64,000 nucleotides of DNA from a virus. Its lineage: Duplodnaviria > Caudoviricetes. Numbering within the stretch: the first letter of the stretch is position 1; every line of letters starts with the position of its first letter. Both the position numbers and the translations under genes were made by a program. The notes beneath the pieces are model-generated. The model had not been told where the DNA came from, did no database searches, and saw only the letters and a program-made list of their open reading frames with translations. The stretch lies in the IMG/VR virus record IMGVR_UViG_3300025121_000013, one strand, 5' to 3'. Positions 1 through 9,503 of the stretch are shown here, piece after piece.

Positions 1-1
1 T

Positions 2-430
2 TCAATTAAAGAAATGAGATTTATTGCCAAACAAGCTGATAGAGAAAGATTTTATCCAAAACAAATAAACCCTATCACAAAAATTAATAACAAATATATT
101 CCCTATAGTCAGTTAACAACCCTGGGAAGAATGAGTCCTTTAAATGATGTTAATAGTGTTCGAGTGATTTTATATTGCAAAAGAGCTTTAAAGAACTTTT
201 GTCTTGGATATATTTTTGAGCAAAACGATCAGCAAACCTGGACATCTGTCGCAACAGATATTTCTGAATTCTTATCTATCGTTCAACAGGAAAGAGGTTT
301 GGACAGTTATACCATTGAGGTTTCAGCGACTGATTATGAAAAGAAATTAAAGAAATTTCATGTTAACGTAACCTTGGCTCCAACGCCAACCACAGAGCAA
401 ATATCTTTAAATTTCTTTATCACAAGATAA
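2..430 (+). CDS. Tail sheath protein, C-terminal part (T4 gp18-like), 5'-truncated by window edge
   Basis: Frame open from base 2; sheath C-terminal pattern (LNDVNSVRVILYCKRAL...YIFEQND..TW; VNVTLAPTPTTEQISLNF). Confidence 0.85.
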   Translation, partial: SIKEMRFIAKQADRERFYPKQINPITKINNKYIPYSQLTTLGRMSPLNDVNSVRVILYCKRALKNFCLGYIFEQNDQQTWTSVATDISEFLSIVQQERGLDSYTIEVSATDYEKKLKKFHVNVTLAPTPTTEQISLNFFITR

Positions 431-450
431 TATTTTTAAAAATTTACAAA

Positions 451-492
451 AAAATGGGGCAGGGAGATTCTTTAAATCCCTGTCCCATTTTT
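451..492. terminator. Bidirectional intrinsic terminator
   Basis: AAAATGGGGCAGGGA / TCCCTGTCCCATTTT stem (one G-U) with A/T tracts on both sides, between convergent genes. Confidence 0.85.
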
Positions 493-812
493 CATCTCAA
501 ATTTTCAAAAAAGAAATAATAATTGTTCTTAAATTTATATTTAGTCTTATGAATATGATTTAAAAAATTAGTTCTACAAAATTTAAACTTCATTTTTAAA
601 TGAGAAATAATTAACGTATGCATATTATTAGAAAAATGAAATTCAGCTTTGCAATTTGAACAGATAAGAATTTTAAAACATAATATACTCTTTTTAAAAT
701 CTATTGTTTTTTCCCCACATATTAGACAATAACTATCCTCTAATGAATTCAAAGAAAAATCCCCACATGGCATATCACATTGATCTTTCAAAATACATTC
801 AATACAAATCAT
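492..812 (-). CDS. Cys-rich array family protein (copy 1)
   Basis: CIECILKDQCDMPC + CLIC..CSNC. Confidence 0.85.
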   Translation of the reverse strand: MICIECILKDQCDMPCGDFSLNSLEDSYCLICGEKTIDFKKSILCFKILICSNCKAEFHFSNNMHTLIISHLKMKFKFCRTNFLNHIHKTKYKFKNNYYFFFENLR

Positions 813-1115
813 CGAACAACTCTCCTATATAAATTTTCAGAAAGAAAACTGTACATAAAATAATATTTTAAATTTTTTGAAAATATAGACATACTTATTG
901 TCTCAATTTGATATTTTTGATTGCAATTAATACATTCAATATTAATAACATTGTTATAAACAATTCTAGAATTACAAAAAATACATCGACAATTTCTAAA
1001 TGAATAAATTTTTGATTCAAAAAAACGCATTACATTTTTCAATCTGTATTGTTTTTAAAATATCAATGCAAGGGTTTTCACAAATATTTTGAAGAATGCA
1101 ATTATCACAAAGCAT
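809..1115 (-). pseudogene. Cys-rich family copy 2, split by +1 frameshift at TTT TTT TGA
   Basis: ATG at 1115 gives MLCDNCILQNICENPC..AFF*; +1 frame continues ESKIYSFRNCRCIFC..CINC to 809. Confidence 0.75.
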
Positions 1116-1479
1116 TTTTCTTCGCAATAAATCTATAAAAATATTCCATATGATAAAGAAGACAAATTCCTGAATATAAATCAGATTCCAATATAAAGCA
1201 TACAAAAGGTTCAAAAACATAAGTTATATTACAAGTTGAACATCTGGTAATTAAAGAATTGTTTATCGAGATTCCTCCTTTATTATGTAAATGTCCAAAA
1301 TTTTTATATTTGTTTTTAAGTTCTGTAAATATAAGATTATTGCAAAATACACATTTTGATTTATGTGGGGTATAGGGTCTAATCAATTGTTGAAAATTTA
1401 ATGTTTTTAAACGGTTATGTAATTCAGAACATATTTCATTATTACAAATATTTTGAAGAATGCAATTATCACAAAGCAT
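1105..1479 (-). CDS. Cys-rich family copy 3
   Basis: CDNCILQNICNNEIC + CVFC..CSTC. Confidence 0.85.
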   Translation of the reverse strand: MLCDNCILQNICNNEICSELHNRLKTLNFQQLIRPYTPHKSKCVFCNNLIFTELKNKYKNFGHLHNKGGISINNSLITRCSTCNITYVFEPFVCFILESDLYSGICLLYHMEYFYRFIAKKNAL

Positions 1480-1481
1480 AT

Positions 1482-1784
1482 TTATTCATTATATGTACTA
1501 AAACTTCCTTTATTAAAAATTATAATTCCCTTATCTTTTGTTTTTTTAGATTTAATTATTGTGCCAAAATTAGTTTGAAAATATTCTAACCCACAGTTTT
1601 GACAAAATGATTTTTTAGATATATACCTTTCATAAAAGCTAAATTTATTTTTACAAAAAATACAATGATCCATTTTGGTTCTATAAACACTTAAAATTCT
1701 TTCCATTTCTGAACATATATTTTTGCAAATATTTTGTATAATACATGCTTCACAAAGAAAACTACTAATTTTTAGGTTTTCCAA
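1482..1784 (-). CDS. Cys-rich family copy 4
   Basis: CEACIIQNICKNIC + CIFC..CQNC. Confidence 0.85.
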   Translation of the reverse strand: MENLKISSFLCEACIIQNICKNICSEMERILSVYRTKMDHCIFCKNKFSFYERYISKKSFCQNCGLEYFQTNFGTIIKSKKTKDKGIIIFNKGSFSTYNE

Positions 1785-2250
1785 TCAAAGCTATATTGGC
1801 TCCATTAAAGTTCAATTTTCGTTGAATAACTTCGAAAGATGAATTCTCAGCGATTCTTATTAAATGTTCTATCCATTTTTTTATATCTCTATTTTTATTA
1901 TTAAACTGAGTTGTGGTTGGCAATACGCAACAGGGAATAATAAAGAATGGAATTCTTCTTTTTAAAGATTCTGTTAAAATAATATCAGTTGCTTCATCTG
2001 GGTGAATTCCAACCAATAAATCAAAATTATCATTTTCTTTCTCAGAAAAATAAGTATTTTTAAAATTAATATTTTTTTCTCTTTTTCTTCTATTTCTTTT
2101 CTTATCAAAGGTCGTGATATTATAGTCAGATAATACTATTTGTAATTTTCCAGTTCCTCCAGCAATATCAGCAATATTCCTAAATTTTTCTTTTGGAAAA
2201 TAAAACCTTATGAGTCTTCCTGCCTCAAAAAACCTCTTTCTGTCTCCCAT
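1765..2250 (-). CDS. SAM-dependent methyltransferase-like protein
   Basis: IADIAGGTG SAM-binding motif; LVGIHPDEATD..IPCCV. Confidence 0.65.
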   Translation of the reverse strand: MGDRKRFFEAGRLIRFYFPKEKFRNIADIAGGTGKLQIVLSDYNITTFDKKRNRRKREKNINFKNTYFSEKENDNFDLLVGIHPDEATDIILTESLKRRIPFFIIPCCVLPTTTQFNNKNRDIKKWIEHLIRIAENSSFEVIQRKLNFNGANIALIGKPKN

Positions 2251-2296
2251 TTTTTCTCCTCTTCAAATCTAGATTTTTGTCAATTTTATAAAACTA

Positions 2297-2656
2297 TCAC
2301 ATAATATTTATGGATCTTCTCAAAGAATTTTTTCTTCTATAGCCTTGTTCTTTTAAAATAAATTTACAGCTTCTTTTTCTATGAAAATTTTTTATAAGAC
2401 AGAATTCATTTCGAAAATTTGTGAAAATAGAAAAATACAATTCTGTGATTCTGTATTTTGTTTTACAGTTAGAACATAGCCATCTATTTGGTGAAGGTTT
2501 TATTAATTTTAAGTCGCAGATCAAACATTTTTTATTTTCATTCTCTGAAAATATTGAATGCGTTTGAAGTTTAGCAATCGATTCATTTAAAAGAAAACAA
2601 TTATCACAATATGAATTTTTAAATATTAAACATTCAAAACAAGGAATATTAATCAA
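2297..2656 (-). CDS. Cys-rich family copy 5 (CxxC-x6/7-CxxC subfamily)
   Basis: CFECLIFKNSYCDNC + CLIC..CSNC. Confidence 0.85.
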   Translation of the reverse strand: MINIPCFECLIFKNSYCDNCFLLNESIAKLQTHSIFSENENKKCLICDLKLIKPSPNRWLCSNCKTKYRITELYFSIFTNFRNEFCLIKNFHRKRSCKFILKEQGYRRKNSLRRSINIM

Positions 2657-2985
2657 GTCTGAAACCCCATCTTAGGTTTTATTTTATAAGCTGTATCAAA
2701 TGTGTGATATTCTAAATATATGTTTTTAATAGATATAGATAAATAATTGAATGTACATATATAACTTACTCTACAATTTTCACACCAGTATCTATGAAAT
2801 AAATTAGCTTTTAAGTTTGATTTACAAAATAAACATGTCTTAATTTCTTGATTTGAAAATATTGGATTATTTTGGATTTTAATTTTAAAAAATTCTTCTT
2901 GTAAAAGAATGCAAGAAGAACAAGTCGGCATATTTAATAATAGGCATTCAAAACAAGGCACATGAAAAGAATTTAAATTAGTCAA
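2653..2985 (-). CDS. Cys-rich family copy 6
   Basis: CFECLLLNMPTCSSC + CLFC..CENC; TTG start. Confidence 0.85.
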   Translation of the reverse strand: MTNLNSFHVPCFECLLLNMPTCSSCILLQEEFFKIKIQNNPIFSNQEIKTCLFCKSNLKANLFHRYWCENCRVSYICTFNYLSISIKNIYLEYHTFDTAYKIKPKMGFQT

Positions 2986-3308
2986 GAATCAAATATTGAA
3001 AAACTTTTAATACTAACATTTGTCGAATGATAATATTCAAATTCTATTTCTTCTTTTATAAACCGAATATATAAATAGTGTGAAAATACTAAATAATAAA
3101 TTTTACAATGTTTGCATTCAAAATTAGGTTTTGAAATAACTGTTACGACTTTTTCGCAAAACAAACATGTCTTAATTTCTTGTTTTAAAAACATCGAATG
3201 ATCCTTAAGATTGTCAAATTCATCTTTTAGAAGTATGCATTGTTTACATCGATATTTTTTAAGAATGCAATTAAAACAAGGAATATGAAGAAAATCTGAA
3301 CTAATCAA
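2982..3308 (-). CDS. Cys-rich family copy 7
   Basis: CFNCILKKYRCKQC + CLFC..CKHC. Confidence 0.85.
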   Translation of the reverse strand: MISSDFLHIPCFNCILKKYRCKQCILLKDEFDNLKDHSMFLKQEIKTCLFCEKVVTVISKPNFECKHCKIYYLVFSHYLYIRFIKEEIEFEYYHSTNVSIKSFSIFDS

Positions 3309-3656
3309 TTAAAAAGGTAAAAAGGGCTAATCATAGGTTTTTTAAAATAATATTTATAAGTTCTATCAGGAGATAAAAAATATTCAATTAGAATATTAGA
3401 TTTTACTAATTTGATGCATAAATAATTTATAGTCATTATATATTGAATTTTACAATGTACACATAAATATTCATGTTTTGTAATAATATTGTCGGTATGT
3501 TTTCCACATATTAAACAATTACAAATCTCTTTTTTTAAAGACATTGAATTATTTTTAAATTTATCAAATTCATTTTTTAGAAGTATACAATCAACACGCA
3601 TAATTTTTAAGAATGCAATCAAAACAGTGAACTTGAAAAGAATTTAAATTAGTCAT
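3305..3656 (-). pseudogene. Cys-rich family copy 8, frameshifted by net 5-nt deletion
   Basis: ATG 3656 MTNLNSFQVHCFDCILKNYAC*; AATTATGC-GT-GTTGAT versus AATTATGC-TCAGTGC-GTTGAT in copy 9. Confidence 0.8.
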
Positions 3657-4015
3657 ATTCGAAAATTTGAATATTAGAAATTTCTCTTTTAAAATAAGTT
3701 TTATAAATATATTCTTCAAATGGAAAATATTCAATTAATATTTTTATTCATAAACCGAATGTATAAATATTTTCTAGAAACTACAAAATAAATTTTACAA
3801 TGAGTACATTCAAAATCACTTATTGAAATATATCTTGTCGGTTTTTCACAAAATAAACATTTTTTATTTTTTCTTTCTAAAAATATTAAATTATCTTTAA
3901 GTTTATAAAATTCATTCTTTAAAAGTATACAATCAACGCACTGAGCATAATTTTTAAGAATACAATCAAAACAATATATGTTAATATTTTTATTTAAATT
4001 ATGGAGTTCTTTCAT
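3649..4015 (-). pseudogene. Cys-rich family copy 9, C-terminal frameshift (2-nt deletion)
   Basis: AATATT--AATTGAATATTTT versus AATATTCTAATTGAATATTTT in copy 8; shifted frame IEYFPFEEY..FEYD* ends at 3649, overlapping the next ATG. Confidence 0.7.
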
Positions 4016-4521
4016 AACCTAAAATTTTCATTATTTGGAAGATTCTTCATTATTTCCTTAATTTGATCAAAAGAAACCGGATAAAAATTATTATTATCCA
4101 CTCCTATATCCCATGTTTTTCCATAGGGTTTCATCCTTCCGTGTGAATGCCCAAATAAAAGCCAACTATTATAATGTGATCTAGGCCATCTTAACATAGC
4201 GTAATGGCAAATTACAATATATTCTTTTTCATATTTTAATTCAAATATTTCATGATAAAATTTTTTATTAAGTTTCATCCAATAATCATGACTGCCTTTT
4301 AAAAAAATATGTTTTCCTTTTAAAGAATTTATATAATCTTGAACATCGGTTTTTAACAAAGAAAAATCTCCAGCATGAATAACAATATCATTCTCTTTAA
4401 CAATTTCATTATTATTTTGAATCAATTTATTATCCATCTCTGTTATATTTTTAAATGGTCGATTACATAATTTAATTATTTTTCTATGGCCATAATGTTC
4501 ATCAGAAGTGAAAAAATACAT
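4012..4521 (-). CDS. Calcineurin-like metallophosphoesterase
   Basis: FTSDEHYGH, HAGDF, GSHD, CHY, LFGHSHG, DIGVD motifs. Confidence 0.9.
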   Translation of the reverse strand: MYFFTSDEHYGHRKIIKLCNRPFKNITEMDNKLIQNNNEIVKENDIVIHAGDFSLLKTDVQDYINSLKGKHIFLKGSHDYWMKLNKKFYHEIFELKYEKEYIVICHYAMLRWPRSHYNSWLLFGHSHGRMKPYGKTWDIGVDNNNFYPVSFDQIKEIMKNLPNNENFRL

Positions 4522-4576
4522 ATTTTAAAACCCCTCCTGTACAAAAGATTTTATTGCTATTTTTTAGTATTTAGAT

Positions 4577-4897
4577 TTAATTAATTTCTATAGGAGATGA
4601 ACTAAATGTCCATATTACATTCTTTTTCACAAACCCAATTCGTCTGGTAGCTAACTGAACTCCAATTCCATTATTTTTCTTAAATTCAATAATTAAACTA
4701 CTAATAAAAGTCCTATATATGATATTACATTTTTCACAATAATAATTATCTCTTTCCTTATTAATAGTTTTACACCCACAATTTAAACAATTTTTTATTA
4801 TTCTATCCCATGAAAAAGTTTTAAAACTATTTATAATATTTGTACAAAGTTCTTTACATTGTGGTTTTAAAATACAATCAACACAAAGTAGTTTCAT
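4577..4897 (-). CDS. Cys-rich family copy 10
   Basis: CVDCILKPQCKELC + CLNC..CEKC. Confidence 0.85.
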   Translation of the reverse strand: MKLLCVDCILKPQCKELCTNIINSFKTFSWDRIIKNCLNCGCKTINKERDNYYCEKCNIIYRTFISSLIIEFKKNNGIGVQLATRRIGFVKKNVIWTFSSSPIEIN

Positions 4898-4913
4898 TTT
4901 GTTTTATTCCTCC

Positions 4914-5135
4914 CTAACATTTTCTTGATATAGAATGTTTATAGTCTATGTCTTTTAAAGGCTCATTACAAAATAAGCATCTGGTAAATCGATCATGATT
5001 TATAAAAAATTTATCATTTTTAACAATTTGTTTCCATTCTTTCATTAAGTTTAAAGTTATGGGGTTGAAGATTTTTATACAATCGTCACATTGTGAGTCA
5101 CAAGTTTTTGTTAAAATACAATGGCTACAAATCAA
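4914..5135 (-). pseudogene. Cys-rich family copy 11, C-terminally truncated
   Basis: CSHCILTKTCDSQC + CLFC; stops (TAG) after the first Cys of the last CxxC, directly into the GGAGG RBS of the next gene. Confidence 0.65.
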
Positions 5136-5548
5136 AGTGAGATCCCATAATCACGAATAATTATATTATCAAAATCATTATCTTTAGAATTTTTATGCAT
5201 ACAAATATAGTATTTTTCTATCTCAAAAATATGTCTCCTATCAACCAATTGAATAATCATTAAATTTGAAAAATTGGAAAACATATAAATTAAATTTTCT
5301 TTTTCACAATGAAATTTAGGAGCCCCATTTATTAAGGAAAATCTATCAGAAGATATATTTTTCTTTTTCTTTAGAATATCATCACAAAAAATACATTTAA
5401 TGGGTTCTAAATTTCCTATCCATTTAGCATCAGAATGATGAACTGATAAAAGTTCTTAGATTTGATCTTTCTTGTTTTTTACTATTTGAATTAAATTTAA
5501 ACACGCTGTATTACAACATTTTTCTAAAATACAATGATCACATATCAT
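5132..5548 (-). pseudogene. Cys-rich family copy 12 with in-frame TAA (not in ORF track)
   Basis: MICDHCILEKCCNTAC..KKDQI*(5456-5458)ELL..KCIFC..FHCEKE..GISL*; final TGA overlaps the TTG of copy 11. Confidence 0.8.
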
Positions 5549-5563
5549 ATCTTTCCTTTCATA

Positions 5564-5923
5564 TTATATTTCATATTGAGGCAAAGAAAAATCTAATTTT
5601 CCACTTTCGGAATTATAATTTTTTCCTAAGGTAATTTTTCCATTAGGAAAACTAGGATAATTAAATATGAAAAATAAATTATATTTTTGACCTTCTATAA
5701 TTAAAAAAATTCTATCAAGAAGAAAATAATATAAAATTTTACAATTGGGACATTTAAATGAATGTGGGTAGTTTTGAACACGTTTTAATTTCACTTCGCA
5801 AAAAATACATTTTAAAGTTTTATTAATACTCCAGATTTGTTTTTTAGATTTTTTAACGAAATCAATTATAAAAATACAAGGAGCATTGCATTCTTTAGAA
5901 ATAATACAATCAATACAAATCAT
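5564..5923 (-). CDS. Cys-rich family copy 13
   Basis: CIDCIISKECNAPC + CIFC..CPNC. Confidence 0.85.
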   Translation of the reverse strand: MICIDCIISKECNAPCIFIIDFVKKSKKQIWSINKTLKCIFCEVKLKRVQNYPHSFKCPNCKILYYFLLDRIFLIIEGQKYNLFFIFNYPSFPNGKITLGKNYNSESGKLDFSLPQYEI

Positions 5924-6312
5924 TTTTCAACTATTCTTTTAAATTGATCATTTTTTATATAAAAATCTTTTGATAAATAAATATTTTTCTTGTGTGCCGC
6001 TACCTCAACAAAAAATAAATACGTTGAATTTAAGGGTTTTATAAGAAATATATAATATCGAGAAAATTCATATCTATTTTCATATAAAAATACAGTTTTA
6101 CATTTTTTGCACCTTTTTGGGAGTGCAAAAGAGCCATCTATTAAAGGTATGTTCTCACAAATTCCATCACAAAATAAACACGGTTCAAAATTCATATTAT
6201 TTAATATTTCCCATCTTCTCTTAACATGCCAAGCCAACTTTTTTAAAATAATTTTTGAATCATCACATGGAAAATTACATATTCTTGTTAAAATGCAGTT
6301 ATCACATATCAT
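5920..6312 (-). CDS. Cys-rich family copy 14
   Basis: CDNCILTRICNFPC + CLFC..CKKC; GGAGAG RBS before ATG 6312. Confidence 0.85.
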   Translation of the reverse strand: MICDNCILTRICNFPCDDSKIILKKLAWHVKRRWEILNNMNFEPCLFCDGICENIPLIDGSFALPKRCKKCKTVFLYENRYEFSRYYIFLIKPLNSTYLFFVEVAAHKKNIYLSKDFYIKNDQFKRIVEK

Positions 6313-6330
6313 AAGTTTTAATCTCTCCAA

Positions 6331-6365
6331 GCTCCTTAAGTGCGAACGTCAAATTCTTAAGGAGC
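6331..6365. other. Intergenic hairpin, 10-bp perfect stem
   Basis: GCTCCTTAAG-N15-CTTAAGGAGC. Confidence 0.6.
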
Positions 6366-6380
6366 ATTTTAGTTGTGAAT

Positions 6381-6914
6381 TTATCTTTTCTCAAAATGAT
6401 TTTTTCTAACATTATGAAATGTAGTTTCAGTTTCCCTTTTTAAATTTTCAGGTTCTTTAAAATAATAATAAAGATAGTACGGAACCAAATTATTTTTGTA
6501 GTACATATCTTCAAGAATATATTCTCCTCGGTTTCTGGCATATTGTGCTTTTGGATCTTTAATTATTTTCATTGTATATAAAAGTAAAACGCCTTTTGTA
6601 TTTTCTCCCAATTTTATTAAAATTCTCATATGTATTAAATATAACGATATGTCAGGACGTTTTCTTGTGAAAGAAATTATTTCTGGTTCACACTTTGCTT
6701 CAATCAATCTCTTTAATAAATCTTTTTCTGAAATGATAAAATTAAAATAATCTGAATAAATTGAATCAAGTTCAGGAAGATTTTTAAACCCTATTATTTT
6801 TCCTTCAAAGATTCCTGGAAGAAAATCATATGGGCCATTATTTGCTAAACAATTAGAACTTGTGAAGATTAATAAAAATATGAATAAAGATATCGTTTTA
6901 ACCATAGCTTTCAT
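6381..6914 (-). CDS. Hypothetical exported protein
   Basis: N-terminal signal-peptide-like KTISLFIFLLIFTSSNCLA; 177 aa. Confidence 0.6.
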   Translation of the reverse strand: MKAMVKTISLFIFLLIFTSSNCLANNGPYDFLPGIFEGKIIGFKNLPELDSIYSDYFNFIISEKDLLKRLIEAKCEPEIISFTRKRPDISLYLIHMRILIKLGENTKGVLLLYTMKIIKDPKAQYARNRGEYILEDMYYKNNLVPYYLYYYFKEPENLKRETETTFHNVRKNHFEKR

Positions 6915-6952
6915 GAACGATTCCTTTCCTTTTTAAATCACATTACTAAAGA

Positions 6953-7273
6953 TTAAAAATTTTCTATAAATATCTTTGAGGAAACAAAATTTCTGCTAAA
7001 AATATATTTCGTTTTATAAATAAGCATTGTTAAATCATTATTATTATTATCTTTAATATGTATTCTTCGATTTGTGATAAAATAATGAATTGAACATTTT
7101 AGACATTTGGAACGCCCCATATATATTTTTAACTGGGAATTACAAAATATACATTTATTTATTTCATTGTTTAAAAAATTTAAAATTCTGTTTTTATTTT
7201 TAGTTATCTCTTCAAAAAGATTAATACATATTTCATTGCAATTAAAACCTAAAATACAATTAACACAAATCAT
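6953..7273 (-). CDS. Cys-rich family copy 15
   Basis: CVNCILGFNCNEIC + CIFC..CLKC. Confidence 0.85.
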   Translation of the reverse strand: MICVNCILGFNCNEICINLFEEITKNKNRILNFLNNEINKCIFCNSQLKIYMGRSKCLKCSIHYFITNRRIHIKDNNNNDLTMLIYKTKYIFSRNFVSSKIFIENF

Positions 7274-7682
7274 TAGGCAACTTTATACTAACGCCGGGAA
7301 GAATTTCAGTTGAATTAAAAACTTTTGTAACTGTTAATTTTTTAAAGGAGTCATCGATAAAAAATTCTGTTTTTCTATCAAGAAATAATTGTATAACGTA
7401 ACCTCTTCCATTATAGTTAAAATATATATTACAATTTTTACATATTTTTACAGAATTATTTGGAGCTTGTTCTAATTTTGAATCACAATAAATACAATTG
7501 ATCATAATAGGTTGTTTTAAAACATAAAGTATTTCTTTTATTTTATAAATTATCAATTCATCCATGATTCTATGACAAGGATAAAAACATATATTTTTTA
7601 AAATACAAATAGAACAATATGTTCTTCCATCAATTTTTATATTTTTTAAAATTTTGTTTTTATCAAAAATATAGTTAGACAT
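7260..7682 (-). CDS. Cys-rich family copy 16
   Basis: CSICILKNICFYPC + CIYC..CKNC; ATG 7682 overlaps the upstream stop. Confidence 0.8.
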   Translation of the reverse strand: MSNYIFDKNKILKNIKIDGRTYCSICILKNICFYPCHRIMDELIIYKIKEILYVLKQPIMINCIYCDSKLEQAPNNSVKICKNCNIYFNYNGRGYVIQLFLDRKTEFFIDDSFKKLTVTKVFNSTEILPGVSIKLPNDLC

Positions 7683-8055
7683 CTTGTTCAATGACCTTTG
7701 AAGAATAAAGACGCATACCATTTTTATGTAATTGAAAATGGTTTAAATCCATGCAAATTTCTATTAAGAAATTTTCACTTATTATAAGGCGAACATAATC
7801 TACGAAAATATAATATTTTTGCCCGCAAACGCAACATTTATAATTAAGTTTACTTTTTAGATAAATACCAGAATCTGCCATTTGTAAATTGTTATCACAT
7901 AACAAACATTTTGTCACTCTCTTAGATAAAGTATAATTTCTTATAAAATTATTTTTAATTTTTTTAATCTCATTTTCATATTCTTTGCAAATGTTAAAAC
8001 ATATTCTTTTTAAAATACATTTGCCGCAAATTTCTAAAAAGTTTTTAGAGAACAT
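7675..8055 (-). CDS. Cys-rich family copy 17
   Basis: CGKCILKRICFNIC + CLLC..CCVC. Confidence 0.8.
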   Translation of the reverse strand: MFSKNFLEICGKCILKRICFNICKEYENEIKKIKNNFIRNYTLSKRVTKCLLCDNNLQMADSGIYLKSKLNYKCCVCGQKYYIFVDYVRLIISENFLIEICMDLNHFQLHKNGMRLYSSKVIEQDV

Positions 8056-8413
8056 ATTCTTTTCCATGTGTCAAATGAAATATTTGTTTATCATTTTTTG
8101 ATACTATTAAATAAACCATTATAGTACTAATCTCAATTTTGTAATCTTCTTTTTTAAAACAAATATAATCTAAAAAACTATAATATAACTGGTTACAATT
8201 TGGACACTTATACCACATATTTAACCTATCTATTTTTATTTTTATAACTCTTTCACCACAAATTAAACATTGTTCTATATGTTTGTATAATTTAAAATCT
8301 TTTTCAAAATTATTTTTCATTTCTATAAGTTTATTTTTATATTCTAAGCAAATAGGAATACAAACATTTTTTAAAATGCAATTATTACAAAAAGTTAAAA
8401 TATTATTATTCAT
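8045..8413 (-). CDS. Cys-rich family copy 18
   Basis: CNNCILKNVCIPIC + CLIC..CPNC; ATG 8413. Confidence 0.8.
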   Translation of the reverse strand: MNNNILTFCNNCILKNVCIPICLEYKNKLIEMKNNFEKDFKLYKHIEQCLICGERVIKIKIDRLNMWYKCPNCNQLYYSFLDYICFKKEDYKIEISTIMVYLIVSKNDKQIFHLTHGKEYVL

Positions 8414-8756
8414 ATATGAACAGCAATTTCTCTTTGAAAGAAATATTTTCTTGATCAATAATTTTTTTAAAGTACAATACATTGCCAATATTAAAAACTT
8501 TAATTTCACAATTACCAATACAAAAAGAAAATGCCCAGTCACAGACTAAATTAAAATTATATTTGACTCCACACTTACAATTATAAGAAATGATAATTCC
8601 CAATGGAATTTCTAGATCACAAAAAATACAGTATCTGGGTTTCTCATTTAATAATTGATTCATTTTTAATTTTCTCGGTTCAAATTCTTCTTTGACAATT
8701 CTTTCACAAAATTCAAAACATGTACGGTTTAAAATGCAATTATTACAAAAAAACAT
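8406..8756 (-). CDS. Cys-rich family copy 19
   Basis: CNNCILNRTCFEFC + CIFC..CKC. Confidence 0.8.
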   Translation of the reverse strand: MFFCNNCILNRTCFEFCERIVKEEFEPRKLKMNQLLNEKPRYCIFCDLEIPLGIIISYNCKCGVKYNFNLVCDWAFSFCIGNCEIKVFNIGNVLYFKKIIDQENISFKEKLLFIYE

Positions 8757-9126
8757 TTTTATGTACTGTTTCATTTAGTTCAACTGGAATATAACTATTT
8801 GTAACATTTTTCACTCTTTTAAAACCTATATTAAAATTTCTTTTCACTATCCAATATAATTCTTCGTTTTCTTCAATTACAACAAAACTTTCTGAGCAAC
8901 TCTCAACCCCTATGTTAAATTTCAAATTACAAAAATCACATTTAAAACTTAGAATATTTGATTGTTTATTTATCATTAATAATCTTCCACAATTCATACA
9001 TATTCTTTCTCCAACAAGAACACTTCTAATTTTTTCTAAAGATAATTTTTTAGAAATTTCTTCTATTCTATAACAATTTTTTTCACAAATTATTTTGCAT
9101 ATACAATCGGAACATGGAAATATCAT
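8743..9126 (-). CDS. Cys-rich family copy 20
   Basis: CSDCICKIICEKNC + CMNC..CDFC. Confidence 0.85.
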   Translation of the reverse strand: MIFPCSDCICKIICEKNCYRIEEISKKLSLEKIRSVLVGERICMNCGRLLMINKQSNILSFKCDFCNLKFNIGVESCSESFVVIEENEELYWIVKRNFNIGFKRVKNVTNSYIPVELNETVHKNVFL

Positions 9127-9503
9127 AACGAAATCTCTCTTTCATCTTGAGGTTTAAATATTTTATATTTTGAAGTTCGTTCTCCTAAATTCAAATATAT
9201 CTTATCAAAGAATACTATTAAAAGAATTATTTCATACGGAGTTTTAATATAAATTTTTCCCATGGTTAAAAATATATTAAATGTATATGAAAGATTGCAT
9301 CTAGAACATTTTTTATGAAAAAGTATGTCATTACAATTAAGGGATGTTTTAGATAGAGTTTCCCCACAATTTATACAAATGTTTTTATTTGTTTTTATAT
9401 TATATAAAATATACTTTCTTTTTTCTTTAAAATTTTGAAGAATATTATAACAAGGAAAATGACAATTATTTTTTAAAATACAATTTAGACATTGTTTTGT
9501 CAT
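9123..9503 (-). CDS. Cys-rich family copy 21
   Basis: CLNCILKNNCHFPC + CINC..CSRC. Confidence 0.8.
   Translation of the reverse strand: MTKQCLNCILKNNCHFPCYNILQNFKEKRKYILYNIKTNKNICINCGETLSKTSLNCNDILFHKKCSRCNLSYTFNIFLTMGKIYIKTPYEIILLIVFFDKIYLNLGERTSKYKIFKPQDEREISL

Noticed and set aside
2265-2276. Palindrome AAATCTAGATTT as an operator
   Set aside because: Short, AT-rich, single occurrence; expected by chance.
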